In this document: positions 18,059 to 26,705 of the stretch, piece after piece
How the letters are laid out: the number at the start of each line of letters is the position of its first letter
How positions within the stretch are numbered: the stretch's first letter is position 1
DNA from: Sneathiella sp.
Lineage (GTDB): Bacteria; Pseudomonadota; Alphaproteobacteria; Sneathiellales; Sneathiellaceae
DNA: 64,000 bases
Assembly: GCF_036844445.1 (NCBI RefSeq)
Contig: NZ_DAIUFV010000001.1
Span: forward strand, 244,727 to 308,726
Direction of reading: 5' to 3'
Notes under the pieces: generated by a model
Databases searched by the model: none
The model's input: the letters and a program-made list of their open reading frames with translations, nothing else
What the model was told of the DNA's origin: nothing
Program-made: the position numbers and the translations under genes

Positions 18059-18565
18059 ATGCGTTTCATCAGAGGCATCGCGGCGGCGGTGACAAAACTT
18101 TCAGCATGGTTCGGATACGCAGCCGTGCTGTTTATGACAGCTATCATCGTGATGGACGTCGCTGGACGTAGCTTTTTCTCCGGTTCGGTTGCGACGGCCA
18201 CCGAATTTTCAGGCTACGCGCTCGTCGGTCTTATTTTTCTGGGGCTTGCCGAAGCCGACAGGGCGGGCCGTCATATCCGGATTGAAATTCTTCTCAACCT
18301 GCTGCCGGAAGGTCTGCGCAAAGGGGTTGAGAGAATTCTTCTGATCATTGCGGCGCTTGGCTTTGCGTTTGTCGCCTGGCTGAGCGCAAAAGCCCCGCTG
18401 ATCGACTATCAGATCGGAACGATCTCGATCACCGGCAGCAACATGCCCCTCTGGATCCCCGAAGCCTTCATCCCGATCGGCTTTGCGGCGCTGTCCCTGC
18501 GACTGATTGCCCGGCTTATCACCGATCTTCCGGGGGATCAGAGCATGTCGGCGGGAGGCTTGTAA
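18059..18565 (+). CDS. TRAP transporter small permease (DctQ family)
   Basis: Hydrophobic four-TM protein. ATG 18059 follows an aaaggag RBS (a GTG at 18041 is also possible). Its stop overlaps the dctM start (TAATG). Confidence 0.85.
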   Translation: MRFIRGIAAAVTKLSAWFGYAAVLFMTAIIVMDVAGRSFFSGSVATATEFSGYALVGLIFLGLAEADRAGRHIRIEILLNLLPEGLRKGVERILLIIAALGFAFVAWLSAKAPLIDYQIGTISITGSNMPLWIPEAFIPIGFAALSLRLIARLITDLPGDQSMSAGGL

Positions 18566-19860
18566 TGGAGCCGCTTTACGCGACCGCAATCATCCTTGTG
18601 CTGACACTCGCGCTGATGTTGAGTGGAATGTTCGTCGGGCTTGCGCTGATGGTCTCGGGGCTCATCGGGCTCTATGTCTTTCGCGACAATATGGCGATTG
18701 CCAGTAACGTCTTTTTTGACAGCACCAATTCCTTCACACTGACAGCTGTCCCGCTGTTTATCTTTCTTGGCGAGATACTCGTCGGCTGCGGGGCATCGGG
18801 AACGATATTTCGCGGCACAAGCCGGCTGCTCTCCTGGGCGCCGGGGGGCCTTCTGCACGCCAACCTCTTAAGTTGCACCATGTTCTCCGCCATCAGCGGC
18901 TCGAGCCCGGCCACCGCGGCAACCATCGGATCTGTCGCGTTGCCCGAGCTCAAGAAACGCGGCTATGACCAGCGGCTTTCGCTCGGCTCTCTCGCCGCCG
19001 GCGGGACGCTTGGCATTCTGATCCCGCCCAGCATTAATATGATTGTCTACGGGATGATTGCGAACGTCTCCATCGGTCAGCTGTTCATCAGCGGGGTTTT
19101 TCCCGGCATCCTGATGGTCGGGCTGTTTATGATCTATGTGGCGATCCGCGTCATGCGCCAGCGTGACCTTGCGCCGGTGGAATATCAGCTGACGTTGCGC
19201 GGCATCCTCATCGGCCTTGTTGAGCTGTGGCCCGTGTGGTTTCTCGCCTTCGTGGTGCTTGGCGGTATATTCTTTGGCATTTTCACGCCGACGGAGGCGG
19301 CGGCTGTGGGCACGGCGGGCGCACTCCTGATTGCGGCGGGGTTGCGCAAGCTGACATGGTCCATGCTGGTAAACGCCATGGGGAATACGGTGTCGATCAG
19401 CAGCAAGGTGCTGATTATCTATGTCGGCGCGATGGTGCTCGGCAATTTCCTCGGTGTCATGGGATCGCCGCAACAGATCGCGCGCTTCGTTCTCGATGCC
19501 GAGCTTGACGTCTATCAGGTGCTGCTGATGCTGCTGGCGCTATATCTGGTTCTCGGGGCGTTTCTGGATGGCATCTCGATGATGGTGCTCACGGTTCCGA
19601 CGGTGATGCCGCTGATACTCGGGCTCGGCATTGATCCGATCTGGTTCGGCGTCGCTCTCGTGATCCTCTGCGAATGCGGTATGATCACCCCGCCGATGGG
19701 GCTCAACCTGTTCGTGATCCAGGGTATTGCGAAAAGCACGCTCGGCGAAGTCGTCTACGGCGTCATGCCCTTCTTCGGCCTGATGCTGTTCACGCTGCTG
19801 GTGATTACGATCTTCCCGCAGATCGCGCTCTGGCTGCCGGGTCTGATGATCGGCGGATAA
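18565..19860 (+). CDS. TRAP transporter large permease (DctM family)
   Basis: 431-aa polytopic protein with SAISGSSPATAATIG, ILIPPSI and ITPPMGLNLF segments. Confidence 0.9.
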   Translation: MEPLYATAIILVLTLALMLSGMFVGLALMVSGLIGLYVFRDNMAIASNVFFDSTNSFTLTAVPLFIFLGEILVGCGASGTIFRGTSRLLSWAPGGLLHANLLSCTMFSAISGSSPATAATIGSVALPELKKRGYDQRLSLGSLAAGGTLGILIPPSINMIVYGMIANVSIGQLFISGVFPGILMVGLFMIYVAIRVMRQRDLAPVEYQLTLRGILIGLVELWPVWFLAFVVLGGIFFGIFTPTEAAAVGTAGALLIAAGLRKLTWSMLVNAMGNTVSISSKVLIIYVGAMVLGNFLGVMGSPQQIARFVLDAELDVYQVLLMLLALYLVLGAFLDGISMMVLTVPTVMPLILGLGIDPIWFGVALVILCECGMITPPMGLNLFVIQGIAKSTLGEVVYGVMPFFGLMLFTLLVITIFPQIALWLPGLMIGG

Positions 19861-19886
19861 GACCGGGTTGCGGTGATGCTGATATA

Positions 19887-22340
19887 ATGGAATTTAATTG
19901 CAATAACTGTTCAACAAGGGGTTTTCCGGTGACAGACAATCGAAGGCGCAAGGCTGAGATCCTCCGCGATCTGGAACGCAAGATCCTGTGGCTGGCTTGC
20001 TGGATGATTGATCAGGCTAACCGGCGCGACAAGGTGGACGGTGTCAAGGTAGGCGGACATCAGGCATCGTCGGCGTCGATGGTCTCGATCCTGACGGCGC
20101 TTTATTTCAGCGTCCTCCGGCCCGAGGACAGGATTGCCGCAAAACCGCATGCCTCGCCCGTCTTTCATGCCATCCAATATCTGATGGGCAATCAGACCCG
20201 AGAGAAGCTGGAGAATTTCCGGGGGTACGGCGGCGCGCAGTCTTATCCCAGCCGTACCAAGGATGTCGATGACGTGGATTTCTCGACGGGGTCCGTCGGC
20301 CTTGGCGTCGCCATCACCGCTTTCTCCTCCATCATACAGGACTATATCCGCACCCGGAAATGGGCGGCGGACCGGCTCGAGGGGCGGATGATTGCGCTTG
20401 TCGGCGATGCGGAGCTGGACGAGGGCAATGTCTATGAGTGCTTGCAGGAAGGCTGGAAGCATGATCTTCGCAACACCTGGTGGGTGATCGACTATAACCG
20501 GCAGAGCCTTGACGGCGTTGTCCGCGAGGGGCTTTACGACCGGATCGAGACGGTTTTCAAGGCATTCGGCTGGGACGTCATCACGCTGAAATACGGCGCC
20601 TTGCAGCGCGCCGCGTTCGAGGAGCCGGGCGGCGAAACCCTGCGCCGCTGGATCGACGCCTGCCCGAACCAGCTTTACTCGGCGCTCTGCTATCAGGGCG
20701 GCGCGGCATGGCGCAAGCGGCTGATGGACGAGATCGGCGATCAGGGACCGGTGACGGCGCTGCTTGAGCGGCGCTCCGATGACGAGCTGGCGGAGCTGAT
20801 GGCCAATCTTGGCGGGCACTGCCTGCCGACCCTGATCGATACTTTCAACAGCATCCGGCACGACCGCCCCGTCGCCTTCATCGCCTATACCATCAAAGGC
20901 TGGGGCACGCCGCTCGCCGGACATAAGGACAATCACGCCGGCCTGATGACCGAGGCGCAGATGGAGGACTTCCGCAGACGGATGAAGGTCCGCGACGGAT
21001 ATGAGTGGGAGCCCTTTGAGGGGCTTGCCTCGAGCGAGACCGAGCTCCGCGATTTTCTTCGCAAGGTGCCGTTCTTTGCCAAAGGCCGCCGCCGCTATTC
21101 GGCGCCGCGAATCAGCATCCCGGAGGGCGTGATCACGAACCCCTCGCCTCAGGGGACGGTCAATTCGACGCAAGCGGCGTTTGGCAAAATCCTCGATGAT
21201 ATCGCCAAGTCGAAGACGGATTTCGCCGATCGCATCGTGACGACATCGCCCGATGTGACGGTTTCCACCAACCTCGGGCCGTGGGTCAACCGGCGTCATC
21301 TCTTCGCCCCGCGCGAAGTGCCGGATATCTTCCGTGACGAGCGCATCCCGAGCGCGCAGAAATGGCAGTTCATGCCCGACGGGCAGCATATCGAGCTTGG
21401 CATCGCGGAGATGAATCTCTTCCTGATGCTGGCCGCGGCCGGGCTCTCGCATTCGCTGTTCGGCGAGCGGCTGCTGCCTGTCGGGACGCTTTACGATCCC
21501 TTCATCTCGCGCGGTCTCGATGCCCTCAACTACGCCTGCTATCAGGATGCGCGCTTCCTGCTGGTGGCGACACCGTCCGGTGTCTCGCTCGCGCCGGAAG
21601 GCGGGGCGCATCAGTCGATCGCGACGCCCCTGATCGGTATGTCGCAGGACGGCCTTGCGAGCTTCGAGCCGGCCTTTACGGACGAGCTGGCCATCATCAT
21701 GAACTGGGCCTTTGACTATATGCAGCGCGACGGGGAAGGGGATCCGTCCGAGAAGACATGGCTCCGCGATGAGACGGGCGGCTCAGTCTATTTGCGCTTG
21801 TCGACACGCCAGATCGAACAGCCGGCGCGAAAAATCAATCCGAACTTCGCCGAGGAGGTGATCAACGGCGCGACCTGGCTGAAGGAGCCCGGCCCGAACG
21901 CCGAACTCATCATCGCCTATCAGGGGACGGTGGCGACGGAAGCCATCAAGGCGGCCGGGATGCTGGGCGGCATGCGCCGCGATATCGGAGTGCTCTCGAT
22001 CACCTCGGCCGACCGCCTCAACGCCGGCTGGCAGGCGGCGCAGCGCGCCCGGGCGCGCGGGCAGGCGGGCGCCCTGAGCCAGATCGAGCGCATGCTCGCG
22101 CTGCTGCCCCGGCACTGCCATATTATCACGGTGATCGACGGCTTCCCGGCGACCCTCTCCTGGCTTGGCGGCGTTGCAGGGCATCCGACGGTCAGCCTTG
22201 GCGTCGAGCATTTCGGCCAGACCGGTACCGTTGCCGATCTTTATCGCCACTATGGGATCGATGCGGAAAGCATCACCGAAATCGCCGTCAATCTGACGAG
22301 CGGGCGGCGGTTTGCGGCACCGAAACTCGTTGCGACCTGA
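19887..22340 (+). CDS. Homodimeric (AceE-type) 2-oxoacid dehydrogenase E1 component / transketolase-like ThDP enzyme, N-terminally short
   Basis: GGHQASSASMVSILTALYF, GSVGLGVA and GDAELDEGNVYE...IDYNRQSLDG (ThDP motif) run collinear with AceE. The start is uncertain: ATG 19887, or GTG 19929 preceded by aagggg. The ORF-track start at 19674 overlaps dctM. Confidence 0.8.
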   Translation: MEFNCNNCSTRGFPVTDNRRRKAEILRDLERKILWLACWMIDQANRRDKVDGVKVGGHQASSASMVSILTALYFSVLRPEDRIAAKPHASPVFHAIQYLMGNQTREKLENFRGYGGAQSYPSRTKDVDDVDFSTGSVGLGVAITAFSSIIQDYIRTRKWAADRLEGRMIALVGDAELDEGNVYECLQEGWKHDLRNTWWVIDYNRQSLDGVVREGLYDRIETVFKAFGWDVITLKYGALQRAAFEEPGGETLRRWIDACPNQLYSALCYQGGAAWRKRLMDEIGDQGPVTALLERRSDDELAELMANLGGHCLPTLIDTFNSIRHDRPVAFIAYTIKGWGTPLAGHKDNHAGLMTEAQMEDFRRRMKVRDGYEWEPFEGLASSETELRDFLRKVPFFAKGRRRYSAPRISIPEGVITNPSPQGTVNSTQAAFGKILDDIAKSKTDFADRIVTTSPDVTVSTNLGPWVNRRHLFAPREVPDIFRDERIPSAQKWQFMPDGQHIELGIAEMNLFLMLAAAGLSHSLFGERLLPVGTLYDPFISRGLDALNYACYQDARFLLVATPSGVSLAPEGGAHQSIATPLIGMSQDGLASFEPAFTDELAIIMNWAFDYMQRDGEGDPSEKTWLRDETGGSVYLRLSTRQIEQPARKINPNFAEEVINGATWLKEPGPNAELIIAYQGTVATEAIKAAGMLGGMRRDIGVLSITSADRLNAGWQAAQRARARGQAGALSQIERMLALLPRHCHIITVIDGFPATLSWLGGVAGHPTVSLGVEHFGQTGTVADLYRHYGIDAESITEIAVNLTSGRRFAAPKLVAT

Positions 22341-22434
22341 GGCATGCTCTCCCGATCAGGCGGGCAAGCGGCTTGCGGGCGGCGTCTGGCGGTGCTAGTT
22401 ACGTGTCCGCCAATCGTCACGCAACCGGAAGTCG

Positions 22435-23085
22435 ATGCTCATGAAAGCCGTAAAGTCTGAAACGCGTCGCTCGCAGGCGGAAAGGCGGGCGGAATCGGAC
22501 CGCAGGATGATGCTCGCCGCGCTCAAGCTGATCGCTGAGAAAGGCTCGACGGGAATCAGTATGGCCGAGGTCGGTCTTGCCGCGGGCTACAGCAGCGGCC
22601 TTCCGGCCGCGCGTTATGGCAGCAAGCTCGCCATGCTGGAAGCGGTTGTTGATTTTTCGGAAAAATGGCTGCTTGAGACCATGCTCAAAAAGGCCGTAAA
22701 GGACAAGCGCGGCCTTGCCGCGGTGAAAGCGCGGATCGGCGCGCATCTTGACGGCGCGCGCGATACCTCGGTTGCGACGATCGCGCTTTTCCAGCTTTAC
22801 ATGGAATCGCTTGGCACCGCCGTCGAGCTTCGGTCGCGGATTATCGCGCTCAGCAACGAGTATAAGGCGGGGTTTACCCGCCATCTTCGCGAAGCGGTGG
22901 AGATGGGCGAGCTTGACCCCGGCTGCGATGTCGAACAGCTGGCGATGTTTATCCTCGGCGCCATGCGCGGCATGGCGATACAGGCGTTGATCGATGGCCG
23001 GACAGCCGATCTGGAAGCCGCGAAAGAATTCCTTTTCGAGACAATCTTCAAGACCTTCCGGGTAATTCCCGAGGCGACGCGCTAG
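22435..23085 (+). CDS. TetR-family transcriptional regulator
   Basis: N-terminal HTH segment MMLAALKLIAEKGSTGISMAEVGLAAGYSSGLPAARYGSK. 216 aa. Confidence 0.9.
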   Translation: MLMKAVKSETRRSQAERRAESDRRMMLAALKLIAEKGSTGISMAEVGLAAGYSSGLPAARYGSKLAMLEAVVDFSEKWLLETMLKKAVKDKRGLAAVKARIGAHLDGARDTSVATIALFQLYMESLGTAVELRSRIIALSNEYKAGFTRHLREAVEMGELDPGCDVEQLAMFILGAMRGMAIQALIDGRTADLEAAKEFLFETIFKTFRVIPEATR

Positions 23086-24668
23086 CTCTTCTTGGCCCAG
23101 TAGGGCGCGCGGAGCTCGCGCTTCATGATTTTGCCGAGCGTGCTGCGCGGCAGTTCCTTCCGGAACTCCATCGCGTGAAGCCGCGCCGTTTTGCTGAGCC
23201 GTTCGTTGGCCCACGTCTGCAGCGCTTCTTCGTCAATCTCTGCGCCCGGAACTTTGACGACAATCGCGAGCGGGCTTTCGCCCCATTTGCTCGGAATGCC
23301 AATAACCGCCACCTCCTGCACGGCAGGATGCTGATAGAGAACCGCTTCGATATCGGCGGCATAGATGTTGAATCCGCCCGAGATGATCATATCCTTCTTG
23401 CGATCGAGGAGGATCAGGAAGCCATCCTCATCGAGCTTGCCATAGTCGCCCGAGCGGTAGAAGACATCGCCATTTTCATCTTTCCAGACCAGCTCCTCGG
23501 TTTTGTCGGGTTGCTTGTGATAGCCCTTCATCATCATCAGCGGCGACCTGCCGACAACCTCGCCGACTTCCCCCGCCTTGAGGCTGTTGTTATCGGCATC
23601 GAGAATGCGAAGATCGACGGAGAGACCGGCTTTGCCGACGGTATGGAGCTTGTCGGGATGGGCACTGGCATCCAGCACGGTGCCGGGCCCGCCTTCGGTC
23701 AGGCCGTAAAGCTCAACCAGCCGGCCCGGCCAGCGATCGAGGATTTCTTTCTTGAGGCCCGCATCCATCGGCGATCCGGCGGTGAATTTGGTGCGAAACG
23801 CCGAGAGATCCGTGGCACCGAATTCCTTGAGGGCGAGCAGCCGCTGATACTGCACTGGGACCAGCATGGCGTGGGTGACGCGATAGTGCTCGCAAAGGGC
23901 GAGATATTCCGCTTCCCTGAACTTCTCCATCAGGATAACGGTTCCGCCATGAGCGAGAGCCGGGAGCATGCCGGCGAGCGTGAAGTTGCCATAGATGGGG
24001 GTCGAGACGATGGAAACTGTCGTGTCGTTGAAATCGAATGCTGCGAAGCGCACAGGCAGCGCCGAGCGCATCGAGTGAACGTGAATGATGCCCTTGGGGA
24101 GGCCCGTCGTGCCGGAGCTGTAGATGATGTTGAACTCATCGTCCGCCGCGATCTCCATCAAAAATGGATCGGACGGAGCCGCATTGAGCGCCGCACGGTA
24201 AGGGATCCAGCCGGGTGCCCGGAAGTCGAGCGCGATTTTACCGCCCTCCAGAAGCCCGTCGAGGCGCGGCTCGATTGCCGCGATGTTCGCGTAAAAACCT
24301 TCCGCGAGGAAAATCGCCTTCGTATCGGCATCGACGATCATGCGTTCAAGCGCATCGGTTGCGGTCATGGTGGAGAGCGGGACCGCGACGGCGCCGGCTC
24401 GCAAAATCCCCATAAAGGCAGTCAGATAGAGAGGCGAGTTCAGGCCGAGGATCGCGACCTTGTCGCCTTTTCGGATGCCGAGGGCGGCGAGGTAGTGCGC
24501 CGTCCGGTCGACATCGCGGTCAAAATCGCGCCAGCGCGTGACCTGATGATTGAAAATGACCGCCGCCTTCTCCGGCGTGCGTTGCGCCGCCCGGCGGATG
24601 CTGTCGGGGATGGCGATAAAGGGCGGAAGTGGTGTCTCGAGCGCGGTATTTCCCATCGTGCGTGTCAC
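23082..24668 (-). CDS. AMP-dependent acyl-CoA synthetase/ligase
   Basis: IIYSSGTTGLPKGI (AMP-binding motif I), YGLTEGG, YRSGDYGKLDEDGFLILLDRKKDMII and a C-terminal GKIMKRELR. Confidence 0.92.
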   Translation of the reverse strand: MTRTMGNTALETPLPPFIAIPDSIRRAAQRTPEKAAVIFNHQVTRWRDFDRDVDRTAHYLAALGIRKGDKVAILGLNSPLYLTAFMGILRAGAVAVPLSTMTATDALERMIVDADTKAIFLAEGFYANIAAIEPRLDGLLEGGKIALDFRAPGWIPYRAALNAAPSDPFLMEIAADDEFNIIYSSGTTGLPKGIIHVHSMRSALPVRFAAFDFNDTTVSIVSTPIYGNFTLAGMLPALAHGGTVILMEKFREAEYLALCEHYRVTHAMLVPVQYQRLLALKEFGATDLSAFRTKFTAGSPMDAGLKKEILDRWPGRLVELYGLTEGGPGTVLDASAHPDKLHTVGKAGLSVDLRILDADNNSLKAGEVGEVVGRSPLMMMKGYHKQPDKTEELVWKDENGDVFYRSGDYGKLDEDGFLILLDRKKDMIISGGFNIYAADIEAVLYQHPAVQEVAVIGIPSKWGESPLAIVVKVPGAEIDEEALQTWANERLSKTARLHAMEFRKELPRSTLGKIMKRELRAPYWAKKS

Positions 24669-25087
24669 CCTTTGAAACCGATCGCCTGTCCGACCGCGAC
24701 CTTGTCGCCACGCTCGTTTTCAACCCAGATATCAAGCTCGACGCGCTGGCGTCCATTCTCCGGTGCGATCCTGGCGACGATCCCGCTGACGCTGAGCACA
24801 TCATCGCGGCTGAGGAGATTGGTAAAGCTGACGTTCAGCTCGCCGCCCTGCACCCAGTCGGGGCCGAAAAACTCGGTGGCGATCTGCGAGAGATAGCCGT
24901 AGGCCATCAGCCCCTGCGGCGCGGCAACCTTGAGGCCGATTTTCTGCGCGAGATGGTCATGGGTGTGAAAACTCTCGTTCGGCAGCGAGAAGAGCCGCGC
25001 CTTGGTGATCGACATCTGGATCGCACGGGTCGGCAGCTTCATCCCGCTGTAGATCTCGCCCTCACTTTGCTCTGCTCGGCTTGTCAT
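24665..25087 (-). CDS. MaoC-like hotdog-fold dehydratase subunit
   Basis: NESFHTHDHLAQKIGL...APQGLM resembles the MaoC hydratase motif. 140 aa. 4-nt overlaps with both neighbouring genes. Confidence 0.75.
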   Translation of the reverse strand: MTSRAEQSEGEIYSGMKLPTRAIQMSITKARLFSLPNESFHTHDHLAQKIGLKVAAPQGLMAYGYLSQIATEFFGPDWVQGGELNVSFTNLLSRDDVLSVSGIVARIAPENGRQRVELDIWVENERGDKVAVGQAIGFKG

Positions 25088-25587
25088 TTCGTCTCTCCGC
25101 TTGCGATGCCCCGGATCGGGGCATGGCTTCGAACCATGATAGTGTGCCGGTATTCAGCGATCTGCGCGCCTTCCCGCGTTGAAAAGAGCGCCTCGATCAC
25201 CACAAATTCGCGCGCCCGGCGGATATATTTTTCGCATATCCCGACCTTTGCGACGATCTCCTCGCCGGCCTTGAAAGGGCTTATGAAGCGGGCGTGGGTC
25301 TTCGCATGCAGATATGGATATTCGAAGAGGTTCGGAAACTGATCCATGAACATTTTGAAATGACCCACCGCCCCTTCCTCCTGAATATAAAAGCCCTGCG
25401 GCCACCAGATATAGGTGGAGAGAACGACCGGATGGGCGAGCGGCGCTTTCGGGTCGCCGAGCAACCAGCCCGTCTCGTCGTCGACCCCGTAGCCGAGCTT
25501 CTTGATGGATTCGATCGTCGGGCGGAACCTTACCGTCCCGAGGGAGTAGGGAACCGGAAGGGTCTCGAATGTGACATCTTCATTCAT
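25084..25587 (-). CDS. Hotdog-fold protein (MaoC N-terminal-like partner subunit)
   Basis: About 167 aa starting MNEDVTFETLPVPYSLG. The size, its position and the 4-nt overlap with the MaoC-like gene suggest a heteromeric hydratase. The ORF-track extension to 25755 is rejected. Confidence 0.55.
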   Translation of the reverse strand: MNEDVTFETLPVPYSLGTVRFRPTIESIKKLGYGVDDETGWLLGDPKAPLAHPVVLSTYIWWPQGFYIQEEGAVGHFKMFMDQFPNLFEYPYLHAKTHARFISPFKAGEEIVAKVGICEKYIRRAREFVVIEALFSTREGAQIAEYRHTIMVRSHAPIRGIASGETK

Positions 25588-25777
25588 ATGTTTCTGATAT
25601 CTCGCTGGACGGTGGCGCTTGCGGCTATGGGTTGGGCCGGGGGCAGGTTTCGCTATCCCGTTTCTTATTTTACTTATTAACCAACCACTAAATAACATAG
25701 GGCTGATATCGCCGCAAGCGATCCATGCGGCCGTGAGACATTTGCCGCGCTGCACCGTTAGAGGCGCGGCGCTTGAG

Positions 25778-26530
25778 TCAGAAAGCTTGCCAGAAGAAAA
25801 TCGCGCTCATAGTGAAACCGATCAGGGCGATAATGGCGCGGATCACCGGGCGCGGCAGGGCGCGGGCAATGGGTGCGCCCGCATAGCCGCCGATAAGTGC
25901 GGCAATCATCATCAGGATCGCCTGATACCAGAGCACAAGGCCGCCGACCGCGAAAATCGCGACGGAAATGGTCGAGAGAATAAATGACAGCCCGTTTTTC
26001 AGGCCGTTCATCTGATGCAGGTCGGTCATCCCCCAAAGCGCAAACACCGCGAGCAGGACAATGCCGAGCCCGCCGTTGAAATAGCCGCCATAGATGCAGG
26101 AAACAAAGAGGGTGATGACAGGCAGCGCCCGGCCCGACCCGGCGTAACGGGCGGCGAATTGGCTGAGCTCCTTGCCATAGAGGAAGATGAGCGTCGCGCC
26201 GAGGAGCAGAAAGGGCACGATCAGCGAAAACGCCTCGTTGGAGGAGATGAGCAGCAAGAGCGAGCCGACAGCGCCTCCGGCCAGCGTGATGGCGGTATAG
26301 AGCAGCAGGGTTCGCCGCGGAAAGCGGCCGATCTCTTTTCGGAAGCCGAAGGTGCCGCCGAGATAGCCCGGAAAGACGGCAACCGCGCTCGTCGCGTTGG
26401 CGACGACAGGCGGAATCCCTGTAAAGACAAGGGCGGGAAAGGTGAGGAAGGTTCCCCCGCCCGCGATCGTATTCAGAACTCCGGCGCCAAAGGCGGCGAG
26501 CATAATAAGCACTATGTCGAAAAAAGGCAT
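25778..26530 (-). CDS. TauE/SafE-family (DUF81) anion exporter membrane protein
   Basis: MPFFDIVLIMLAAFGAGVLNTIAGGGTFLTFPALVF plus repeated Gly-rich TM helices typical of TauE/SafE. Start set at ATG 26530. Confidence 0.8.
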   Translation of the reverse strand: MPFFDIVLIMLAAFGAGVLNTIAGGGTFLTFPALVFTGIPPVVANATSAVAVFPGYLGGTFGFRKEIGRFPRRTLLLYTAITLAGGAVGSLLLLISSNEAFSLIVPFLLLGATLIFLYGKELSQFAARYAGSGRALPVITLFVSCIYGGYFNGGLGIVLLAVFALWGMTDLHQMNGLKNGLSFILSTISVAIFAVGGLVLWYQAILMMIAALIGGYAGAPIARALPRPVIRAIIALIGFTMSAIFFWQAF

Positions 26531-26705
26531 TTGTTTACTTGCGGGATCCCCGAAAAGGCGGGCGACCGGCGGCGATATGGGGTTTCGGGATACCTCTGGT
26601 TTAGCCCTTTCAACCCCGCGTGTCATTGTTTCTTTTCATCTCCCGCGAACGGATGGCGGGTGTCCGAGGTACTCACACAGCAGGTCGGCGGCGGATCGGC
26701 GCCTG

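Noticed and set aside
23082-23085. Convergent 4-nt overlap (CTAG) of the TetR and acyl-CoA ligase stop codons as a possible regulatory feature.
   Set aside because: Overlapping convergent stops are common in compact GC-rich genomes. No hairpin or other structure is associated with this one.
25744-25770. GCCGCGC-N13-GCGCGGC hairpin after the TauE stop as a terminator.
   Set aside because: The stem is only 7 bp with a 13-nt loop, and no U-run follows on the transcribed (minus) strand. Evidence is insufficient.
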